Shown: one piece after another, positions 1 through 59,800 of the stretch
Layout of the letters: each line of letters starts with the position of its first letter
Position numbering within the stretch: the stretch's first letter is position 1
Source: Macrostomum lignano
Lineage: Eukaryota
Assembly: GCA_002269645.1 (NCBI GenBank)
Contig: NIVC01002860.1
Coordinates: forward strand, 62,001-126,000
Direction: 5' to 3'
DNA length: 64,000 nt
Made by a program: the position numbers and the translations under genes
The notes under the pieces: generated by a model
Told to the model about the DNA's origin: nothing
The model's input: only the letters and a program-made list of their open reading frames with translations
Database searches by the model: none

Positions 1-960
1 GTCGCTGGCGCTGTCAGTGAGTCCTGGAGTATGAGGTGCCGGTAGCAGCTGTCCCCCTCTCATAGCTACTGGCAGGGTGTGACAAAAGAAAAGTACTCGC
101 CAGATGTTATCCCAGCCAGTCAATGCCGCCTCCGCATCAGCAGTAAAAGCCTCGTTTGATTTACAAACCTGCCACCCAAGGCGAAAGCCAGTGCACTGAA
201 TCAGGTATCTGCCTGTAAACATAATTTCCTGTTGATGGCAAAGCGATGCTGCTAATCAAAACACAACCCCTGCCACGCTTTCATTTAATACTACTGGTCT
301 GTTGCAGCGATCAGTAGTGCAATGAGAATATGTTTCGTTTGAAGGGAAAAATAACTATATACCTGAAATTCACTTAAAATCTTATAGAAATCCGATTGGG
401 GTTTCTAAAGACAATCATTGGCAGAAAATAGTCTGAGTTGATAAAGACCATCGTTGGCTGATATGCATAGCTATATTTTCAGATGTCCATGTCAGCAGTC
501 CTTGGTCCGAACTTTCGATTCTGTAGCCAGCCTGTGATTAACTAATTTCTGCCCAGTTTCACAATGAATTCAATGCGCGGGCGCCTCTATTAAATCAACG
601 ACTCTTGAGAAGCTGTGAGGCTGTTCTCAAACTAACAGCAGCAGGCCGGAGACACTCCAGTCTGCTTGAATAGGCTGAGTTTCAGCTCCACTCTGTCACG
701 ATGGCATTCGCTGAAGCGAACATCTGAGGATTTTCCAAGCCGAGTTCCAATTATCAGATTTGCTGTATTTGTCTTCTTTTTCCTTCTTTTAGGCAAGTCT
801 AGAATTTTAATCAAGGGTGCTCTGAAGGCTAAAATTAGGCTATTGAAACGCTGTACTAGGCGAGGCCCCTAGTGATGTCTCCCAGATCTTTAAAATCTTT
901 AACTAAACACGAACTGCAAATGGGAAAGCGAGGAACAATATTCAAGGCATAAAAAATCTG

Positions 961-1220
961 TTCACGTCAAGGTCACGTGATTCGTCCCCCCAACGCTGTA
1001 CTTATTTCACTCGCTTACATGCTTGTAACGCGTGAGCTATCCTTGCAAGAATGCTGACCTTGAGCCAACCAATCAGCGTTCGTTCAGTGAGAGGAAACGA
1101 TTGTTGTCCATCCGGTCACGCGATCACGTCACGATTGGGCGTAACCAATCGCCGACCTTGAAAGATACGAGCAAACAAACCTTTGATTTTGACAGCCTTA
1201 GCAAATACTATAAATAAATT
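961..1220 (+). promoter_or_regulatory. Promoter-like motif cluster (E-box, CRE half sites, CCAAT boxes, TATA-like)
   Basis: GGTCACGTGA 971-980, CCAAT 1069 and 1145, ATTGG 1134, TATAAA 1209. No linked exon identified. Confidence 0.3.
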
Positions 1221-1786
1221 GAATCTAAATCATTTATAAATTTATTACGCGTATAATATGCTTTATGAGGATATCATCTTTCTATTTGGTCAACGCTCTT
1301 AGTTCTAGAGGCATTGAAAACCCATGATCATCGAGAATTGAAGCTCTCTCAGTGTGGACTTCTGTAATGCGATGACACACAAAGCGGATTTGTCACAATC
1401 GACTGGCCATTTCGATGGCGCTCCAGGATTTACCCCCCCATACCCTCCCGACTCCCGAGACGAGTCCCAGACCATCGGATCAGCACTGCTGCTCCCCTTT
1501 GCCCGCCTATGCTACAGCGTTCCTCGTTGAGCAATTCAGCCTCTCAACTTCATCTCATTACCTGGGATCGATCGGAAATTGCCACACACCCATCTCCCCC
1601 ACCTACTCAGAAGAGCTCGTTTCCCCCAGCATCAGGTCGGTCGTTAGTTAGACATGATTCCAGCCTCCACGCAGCCTCATCTCATCAGTGGGCTTCCATA
1701 CTTAATGTTATTCTTAAGCAATGCTTAGTCCTTGGTCTCCGGGAACCTCCAATGCATCCTGTCCTTTTTGCTGTCGTGGGAAGTCC

Positions 1787-2229
<443 letters not shown>

Positions 2230-2769
2230 GCCCCCAACACTATCCTGATGAATTGCAGCAGGTAAAAGTTTCAAATTGTTTGCCGCCTTTTCACGTCTGC
2301 ATTTCTATGCATCCCCCATAAGAGGCGGGAAGGTTCAGTAAAATGGGAACAGGGTGCCGCAGCCTTCATGAATCCCTCATTCCCAGCGGCATTTTTTGTT
2401 TTGCCGACAGCAGCAGCCGCCTCCGCTGCCTCTTTCGCTGCCAGATGATGAATGAAAGTCCCAGGCTGAATCGCCCTGTTTCAGCTCCGCTTGTTCTTCA
2501 CCTGTTTAACCTGCCGCCTCCTGGCCCGAAATTCTATCATCTGTTCAGAGGCAAACTGCGTTTCTTTCTTCTCCGCGCATCGTTTTTTGAACTTCAGTGG
2601 CGATTCCGCTTGGCCTGAGGAACTGGGTGCTAGCGAATGCGCTACATATCGGCGCTTGACACGAAAATACGATTTTTTGAGAACCGGAACCCGAGTCGAC
2701 AGAAACTTTCCCGGTTCTGTCTGTTCTCCTCTCCTTCCTCTGCTTCTTCTGGCTGAACTTTCTGAACTC

Positions 2770-3090
2770 TTCTGTCTCCCCTCTCCCACTTTATCTGATC
2801 TCCTCTCCCTCTCTCACTTCATCTCCTCTCTGCTGTCTTCTCTCCTCTCTCTTTTCTCATCTCTCCTTTCTTATCTCTTCTTTATAATATCTCCTCTCCT
2901 CTCCTATCTCTCCTGTCTCTTCTCTCTCATCTCTCCTCTCCCCTCTCTCCTCTCTCCTCTCTCCTCTCTCCTCTCTCCTCTTGCCTCTCTCCTCTCTCCT
3001 CTCTCCTCTTGCCTCTCTCCTCTCTCCTCTCTCCTCTTGCCTCTCTCCTCTCTCCTCTCTCCTCTCTCCTCTCTCCTCTCTCCTCTCCCT
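2770..3090. repeat. CT-rich low-complexity tract with (CTCTCCT)n
   Basis: Direct reading. Confidence 0.9.
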
Positions 3091-3734
3091 CAGAATTTTG
3101 CCTAAAATAACGCAATGAATTTCCTACGCCAAATACGGCAGACAATTTCAAGCAAGTTTTGATTCCGCAGGCATTCAGTCAGCCAGATAGGCTGAGAGCG
3201 TGGCTCAAGCAGACGTGAGGCGATGTCCGCATTCACTCTGAGCCTCATTCATTCCACCCACTCCGTCCGCTTGAAGTTACGCACCGGGGCGTGCGATGCG
3301 GCTGAAACACTGGCGGAGCCGGAATTAGAAATTGCAGTATTTATGGATGCATCGCCTGTTGCTGGCACTGGGGTACCCTACTCTCAAGTCTCACAACTCA
3401 AAACCTAATGCCAATTCTCTTCAGTTGCCTGTCTACATATGCATCCTCTACTATGCGGAAATCTGGGGTGCCAATGGGCTCAGCGTGCGGCCGGAGCAGC
3501 TTTGAGCAGGGAAGTTGAGAGCAGATAGGGATGGCTGGATTTTTAGGCTGCAACTGAGGACAATGGTACTACTAAGGGCCCCTTGGCATCGAGCAACTGT
3601 GGTGATCGGTGCCGAGCATCGTCAGCCAATGAGAGCCGAGGTGGGTTGACACCCACCTCACCTTTAAAAATCGGTCCAACGGGGGCCCTTAGTAGTAACG
3701 GTTTTCAGCGTCCTTGCTTCTTGATCAGGACCAG

Positions 3735-4437
3735 ACCATTCGCTACCACCAGCAACTCAGGCCTTCGGTTCTCGGTACGCTTAGATAAGATTAGATAAGA
3801 GCAGGCTGCCACCACCAACAACCCAGGCTCTCGGTCATACGTACGCTTAGATAAGATTAGATAAGAGCAGGCTGCCACCACCAACAACCCAGGCTCTCGG
3901 TCCTCGGTACGCTTAGATAAGATTAGATAAGAGCAGGCTGCCACCACCAACAACCCAGGCTCTCGGTCCTCGGTACGCTTAGATAAGATTAGATAAGAGC
4001 AGGCTGTCACCACCAACAACCCAGGCTCTCGGTCCTCGGTGCGCTTAGATGAGATTAGATAAGAGCAGGCTGCCACCACCAACAACCCAGGCTCTCGGTC
4101 CTCGGTACGCTTAGACAAGATTAGATAAGAGCAGGCTGCCACCACCAACAACCCAGGCTCTCGGTCCTCGTACGCTTAGATAAGATTAGATAAGAGCAGG
4201 CTGCCACCACCAACAACCCAGGCTCTCGGTCCTCGGTACGCTTAGATAAGATTAGATAAGAGCAGGCTGCCACCACCAACAACCCAGGCTCTCGGTCCTC
4301 GGTACGCTTAGATAAGATTAGATAAGAGCAGGCTGCCACCACCAACAACCCAGGCTCTCGGTCCTCGGTACGCTTAGATAAGATTAGATAAGAGCAGGCT
4401 GTCACCACCAACAACCCAGGCTCTCGGTCCTCGGTGC
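3735..4437. repeat. 66-bp minisatellite, ~10 copies, two AGATAAG per unit
   Basis: Unit CGGTACGCTTAGATAAGATTAGATAAGAGCAGGCTGCCACCACCAACAACCCAGGCTCTCGGTCCT; 22-aa periodicity in the ORF track. Confidence 0.96.
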
Positions 4438-5448
4438 CATCGAGTCTCGCAATTCAAATCTGGCAGTCACCGAAACCAAAACAGGACGGCTCGTTGGAAG
4501 TTTCCTGAGCAAGCAGCCGAGTCAACGATTCGCACTGCCTAACGAGCAGTACTTATACGGCCATTTGTCTCGCTCACTCCCACTCTCCGCTCCTTCTTCC
4601 TTTTCATCCCACTTCTCTTCTCTTGGTTCGGGTGGCTGAGGAGCTCAACTCTAAGCAAAAGTGGAGCTCCCGATTTTGGCACACTTGCTCCGGCAAGCGT
4701 GTAATTTCACCAATCAGTCAGGCGAAGTTGGGAGCCGCGCATCCCGCCAGCCCCCACCCACGCCACAAGGCAGCACAGCGGAATCCTCACACAAACAAGC
4801 TCGTTGGCAAATGCAATCAACACGCGAGGAAGAAAGGCCCCCCCCAGTCTCAGCCCCAGCAGCCAGCCTGACTCGCCGGCTAAGCGTGCAGTCGTGCCAC
4901 CGGTTGAGACAGGAGGAGGCGACGCAGACAGGCAGACAGCCTTTCTAACTCTGGCGAAGATCTCGCGAGTTGCAAAGTCCAGCCACTTGCTCTCCTACAC
5001 TCTGCTTAGTGTTTCAAACCTTTTCCCTATCTATTTCTCATCTGCTTCTCAACGAGTCCACTTCTAAAGTACTTTTAACCTGCTTCTCTGATGGTTTTCA
5101 TCTGGTTCTAGTCCATCCTCTGCATCGGCTTCTCATATATATTTTTTGATCTGCTGATCCAGCAGTCCGAGCATAGCTGTCACCGTGAATACTGATAGAT
5201 CTCGGCGCAATCAACTGACTTTTCCCACAACTGGAAACCGCATGGTCATTGGTTCTCGCGGCTCCAGCCAATGTCCGACTGGCTTGGGCTTCTTCTGGCT
5301 GCAACTAAAAATCAAGCGGCGGAGAATCCCGACCTGCGCAGGTGCAGCCGCCGCTGAGAAGTTCTCCCTTACAGAAAATTCCGAAACCTACAACGGGATT
5401 TCAACTCCCAGACGACCAGCGGCACAGCAGAGCAGCTGCCAACCCGCC

Positions 5449-54612
<49,164 letters not shown>

Positions 54613-54963
54613 CCCGCTGACCTCTGCCGCTCCTCCGACCCAACGCCGTCCCTCTTGAGCTACCGTTTCGCCTTTCTCCACACACGTGGATGGACCTCTC
54701 CAAGGCCATTATTTGCACAACATAGACTGAGCTTAGCCCTGACAAATCAGCCAGGAACTGCCAATATCGACATCTACTTAGTCGGAATCACTTGTTGAGT
54801 AAAAGCATCACAAAGCATTGACTTATAGAAGAACTTACATGCACTGCATGGAAACTTCTTGTAGCATTTAATTACGAGTCTCTTTAATTACGAGACTCTT
54901 CGTAGCAGTCTCTGTACTATAATTCTAGGGAGATAAACCCTCACTTTCGTACCTGTTACCGAT

Positions 54964-55227
54964 AATAAATTGCTGTTATCCGCACTTTATCCAAAAGTCG
55001 ATCCCAAAGTCACTAACCAACCCAGCTGTCAATGCATTTTTTATTAGCTAAGACTTGACCGCACAGCCCCAGCAGACCTTCATTCTCGCAATAGCTCCGC
55101 AATGTGTCAACCTCTGACCCCGGGTTTCCACCGCCGCAAACCATTGCAAAGTTGAACGATTTCCTCAATGCGCCCGACCGCCCACGCAATTGCGAAACCA
55201 TGCTGGCTCTTGAACTTGCTCAATAAA
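54964..55227 (+). terminator. Candidate neurexin polyadenylation signals
   Basis: AATAAA at ~54964 and ~55222 downstream of the stop codon. Confidence 0.35.
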
Positions 55228-56669
55228 AAATAGCAATCTGACTGACCATGACCTTGAATTTCATTAACCTAATTTGTCTGCTCTTATTACACCTATAAAA
55301 GTACTTTATCATGTCACGGATGTACAGTTTAAGGCACGTGTACTCTAACAGCAACTTTCTAAATGCATAAATATACACTTATTGATTCCGGATGTAACTT
55401 CAAATGCATTAAAAACTACTTATACAAGTAGTATAGAGTATCTGTTTCGGTATAGATTAATAACTGAAAAATATCAGAAAGATTCAATTTTTCTAGATCA
55501 ACGTGATCGACAGGACTCACACGAGAAGAGAAATAACTTTATTTATTTAGGAATTTTACATCTAGTGAACAGTTGCAATTACTAGCATAGTTATAAGTTT
55601 TTAATTAATTAATAATGTTAATTATCAGCTACGCAACACAACACTGGCTGGGGAGTTGCTCAGGTGACATGTGTTGCATATTGATTCAGTGCAGCAGCAG
55701 CAGCTAGTGGCTACGAAGATGCAAAGCACAGCTATGACTCATCAACTATCAGCCAAAAGCTGACGTGGACAGCAGGTGCATAAAATGAAGCGACGGGAAT
55801 CCTGGATTAAAAAGAGCATTTAAAATTAATATGGATAAATTATTGAATAAAGGAGCTTGTTTTTCATTGACAGACTAGATAAGCAGTGCGTTAAAAATAG
55901 GAAAGCAGTGACTCCAGACCACTCTAAAACGACAAGATGTCACGGCACGATTCACCAAAACGTCGCCAAAGAATCGCCTCCGACTCTGGCGCCGTGGAGT
56001 CGCTGTAGAATCAGTGAGTTGCGGCTGCCTCACATTATGAATTTGAAATCGCATTTCGCATTTTTAACAACTCTCCGTATTCAGCCTACTTGAGTTAGTA
56101 GAAAGTTAAGCGCCAACCACAACGACTCTTTGACAGTCATTTGAGTCGTTAAAAAGTCGCAAGAGTCGCCCCCGGAGTCATCGCTGTGACGAATTTCCCA
56201 GCGGCCTGCTGAGGTGACTAGGGCAGCTTAGTGACTCATAAAAATCTGCATATATTACTCAATCTAACTATACTACTACATCTGTTGAATTGCACAAGTA
56301 GAGAGCGAGAGTAAAGTTCGTACAAATACGGGTGTAAAATGTGTATCGCACAGTCTATAGCAGGCTTATAAGCGTCATAATAATAATAATATTGATAATA
56401 TATAATAACGAAACGTAAACGCGAACACGAGCCTGATTATCTTGGGCCTAATTGACCGAATCTCCTAAGTGAACAGCGGAGACGCGCAGGCCAAACAATT
56501 ATGCAATTTTTATCTGGACAGGCGGGCAGCAGGTGAGAGCGGAGGAAAGAGGGGGGGGCACAGCGGGGAATGCAGAGTGCCGGACAAAAATAGAGACAGA
56601 TATCATTAGTTTGAATTTGCATGACAGCCCAGCAGACCAGCTCAACCTGTCAATCAAATCGCCAGATGC

Positions 56670-56837
56670 TCAGTCCTCGGCCTTCGTGCCGCGCACCTGG
56701 CCGGAGGCGATCTGGCTGTCCAAATCGCGCTTGGTCCGCTCCTCCAGCTGGCGGATGTCCTCCATGGTGAGGCCGAACCACTGGTCGGTGAGGCAGAACA
56801 CCTGCCTGTGGAAGTTCGTGAAGATGCGGCGCTCCAT
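56670..56837 (-). CDS. PITPN: PITP last coding exon
   Basis: Acceptor CCGCAG|; [58 protein letters not shown]. Confidence 0.94.
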   Translation of the reverse strand: MERRIFTNFHRQVFCLTDQWFGLTMEDIRQLEERTKRDLDSQIASGQVRGTKAED

Positions 56838-59800
56838 CTGCGGGTGGTTTGAGGGCGGTTGGCGTCAGCATGGGTCAGTGTTGGTGTCAGCATGGGGTCA
56901 GTGTTGGTGTCAGCATGGGGTCAGTGTTGATGTCAGCATGGGGTCAGTGTTGGTGTCAGCATGGGGTCAGTGTTGGTGTCAGCATGGGGTCAGTGTTGAT
57001 GTCAGCATGGGGTCAGTGTTGATGTCAGCATGGGGTCAGTGTTGGTGTCAGCATGGGGTCAGTGTTGGCGTCAGCATGGGGTCAGTGTTGGTGTCAGCAT
57101 GGGGTGAGTGTTGGCGTCAGCATGGGGTCAGTGTTGGTGTCAGCATGGGGTCAGTGTTGGCGTCAGCATGGGGTCAGTGTTGGTGTCAGCATGGGGTCAG
57201 TGTTGGCGTCAGCATGGGGTCAGTGTTGGCGTCAGCATGGGGTCAGTGTTGGCGTCAGCATGGGGTCAGTGTTGGTGTCAGCATGGGGTCAGTGTTGGCG
57301 TCAGCATGGGGTCAGTGTTGGCGTCAGCATGGGGTCAGTGTTGGCGTCAGCATGGGGTCAGTTTGGCGTCAGCATGGGGTCAGTGTTGGCGTCAGCATGG
57401 GGTCAGTGTTGGCGTCAGCATGGGGTCAGTGTTGGTGTCAGCATGGGGTCAGTGTTGGTGTCAGTGTTGGTGTCAGCATGGGTCAGTGTTGGCGTCAGCA
57501 TGGGGTCAGTGTTGGTGTCAGTGTTGGAGTCAGCATGGGTCAGTGTTGGCGTCAGCATGGGTCAGTGTTAGTGTCAGCATGGGGTCAGTGTTGGTGTCAG
57601 CATGGGGTCAGTGTTGATGTCAGCATGGGGTCAGTGTTGGTGTCAGCATGGGGTCAGTGTTGGCGTCAGCATGGGGTCAGTGTTGGTGTCAGCATGGGGT
57701 GAGTGTTGGCGTCAGCATGGGGTCAGTGTTGGTGTCAGCATGGGGTCAGTGTTGGCGTCAGTATGGGGTCAGTGTTGGTGTCAGCATGGGGTCAGTGTTG
57801 GCGTCAGCATGGGGTCAGTGTTGGCGTCAGCATGGGGTCAGTGTTGGCGTCAGCATGGGGTCAGTGTTGGTGTCAGCATGGGGTCAGTGTTGGTGTCAGC
57901 ATGGGGTCAGTGTTGGTGTCAGCATGGGGTCAGTGTTGATGTCAGCATGGGGTCAGTGTTGGTGTCAGCATGGGGTCAGTGTTAACGTCAGCATGGGGTC
58001 AGTGTTAACGTCAGCATGGGGTCAGTGTTGGTGTCAGCATGGGGTCAGTGTTGGTGTCAGCATAGGGTCAGTGTTGGTGTCAGCATGGGGTCAGTGTTGG
58101 TGTCAGCATGGGGTCAGTGTTGGTGTCAGCATGGGGTCAGTGTTGGTGTCAGCATAGGGTCAGTGTTGGTGTCAGCATGGGGTCAGTGTTGGTGTCAGCA
58201 TGGGGTCAGTGTTGGAGTCAGCATGGGGTCAGTGTTGGCGTCAGCATGGGGTCAGTGTTGGTGTCAGCATGGGGTCAGTGTTGGTGTCAGCATGGGGTCA
58301 GTGTTGATGTCAGCATGGGGTCAGTGTTGGTGTCAGCATGGGGTCAGTGTTGGTGTCAGCATGGGGTCAGTGTTGGCGTCAGCATGGGGTCAGTGTTGGT
58401 GTCAGCATGGGGTCAGTGTTGGCGTCAGCATGGGGTCAGTGTTGGCGTCAGCATGGGGTCAGTGTTGGTGTCAGCATGGGGTCAGTGTTGATGTCAGCAT
58501 GGGGTCAGTGTTGGTGTCAGCATGGGGTCAGTGTTGGCGTCAGCATGGGGTCAGTGTTGGTGTCAGCATGGGGTGAGTGTTGGCGTCAGCATGGGGTCAG
58601 TGTTGGTGTCAGCATGGGGTCAGTGTTGGCGTCAGCATGGGGTCAGTGTTGGTGTCAGCATGGGGTCAGTGTTGGCGTCAGCATGGGGTCAGTGTTGGCG
58701 TCAGCATGGGGTCAGTGTTGGCGTCAGCATGGGGTCAGTGTTGGTGTCAGCATGGGGTCAGTGTTGGTGTCAGCATGGGGTCAGTGTTGGTGTCAGCATG
58801 GGGTCAGTGTTGATGTCAGCATGGGGTCAGTGTTGGTGTCAGCATGGGGTCAGTGTTGGTGTCAGCATGGGGTCAGTGTTAACGTCAGCATGGGGTCAGT
58901 GTTGGTGTCAGCATGGGGTCAGTGTTGGTGTCAGCATGGGGTCAGTGTTGGTGTCAGCATGGGGTCAGTGTTGGTGTCAGCATGGGGTCAGTGTTGGAGT
59001 CAGCATGGGGTCAGTGTTGGTGTCAGCATAGGGTCAGTGTTGGTGTCAGCATGGGGTCAGTGTTGGTGTCAGCATGGGGTCAGTGTTGGAGTCAGCATGG
59101 GGTCAGTGTTGGCGTCAGCATGGGGTCAGTGTTGGTGTCAGCATGGGGTCAGTGTTGGTGTCAGCATGGGGTCAGTGTTGATGTCAGCATGGGGTCAGTG
59201 TTGGTGTCAGCATGGGGTCAGTGTTGGTGTCAGCATGGGGTCAGTGTTGGCGTCAGCATGGGGTCAGTGTTGGTGTCAGCATGGGGTCAGTGTTGGAGTC
59301 AGCATGGGGTCAGTGTTGGTGTCAGCATGGGGTCAGTGTTGGTGTCAGCATGGGGTCAGTGTTGGTGTCAGCATGGGGTCAGTGTTGGCGTCAGCATGGG
59401 GTCAGTGTTGGCGTCAGCATGGGGTCAGTGTTGGCGTCAGCATGGGGTCAGTGTTGGCGTCAGCATGGGGTCAGTGTTGGTGTCAGCATGGGGTCAGTGT
59501 TGGCGTCAGCATGGGGTCAGTGTTGGCGTCAGCATGGGGTCAGTGTTGGCGTCAGCATGGGGTCAGTGTTGGTGTCAGCATGGGGTCAGTGTTGGTGTCA
59601 GTGTTGGTGTCAGCATGGGTCAGTGTTGGCGTCAGCATGGGGTCAGTGTTGGTGTCAGTGTTGGAGTCAGCATGGGTCAGTGTTGGCGTCAGCATGGGTC
59701 AGTGTTGGTGTCAGCATGGGGTCAGTGTTGGTGTCAGCATGGGGTCAGTGTTGATGTCAGCATGGGGTCAGTGTTGGTGTCAGCATGGGGTCAGTGTTGG

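Noticed and set aside
1-900. Possible coding or retroelement fragment at the window start
   Set aside because: Only short ORFs with no recognisable domain motifs.
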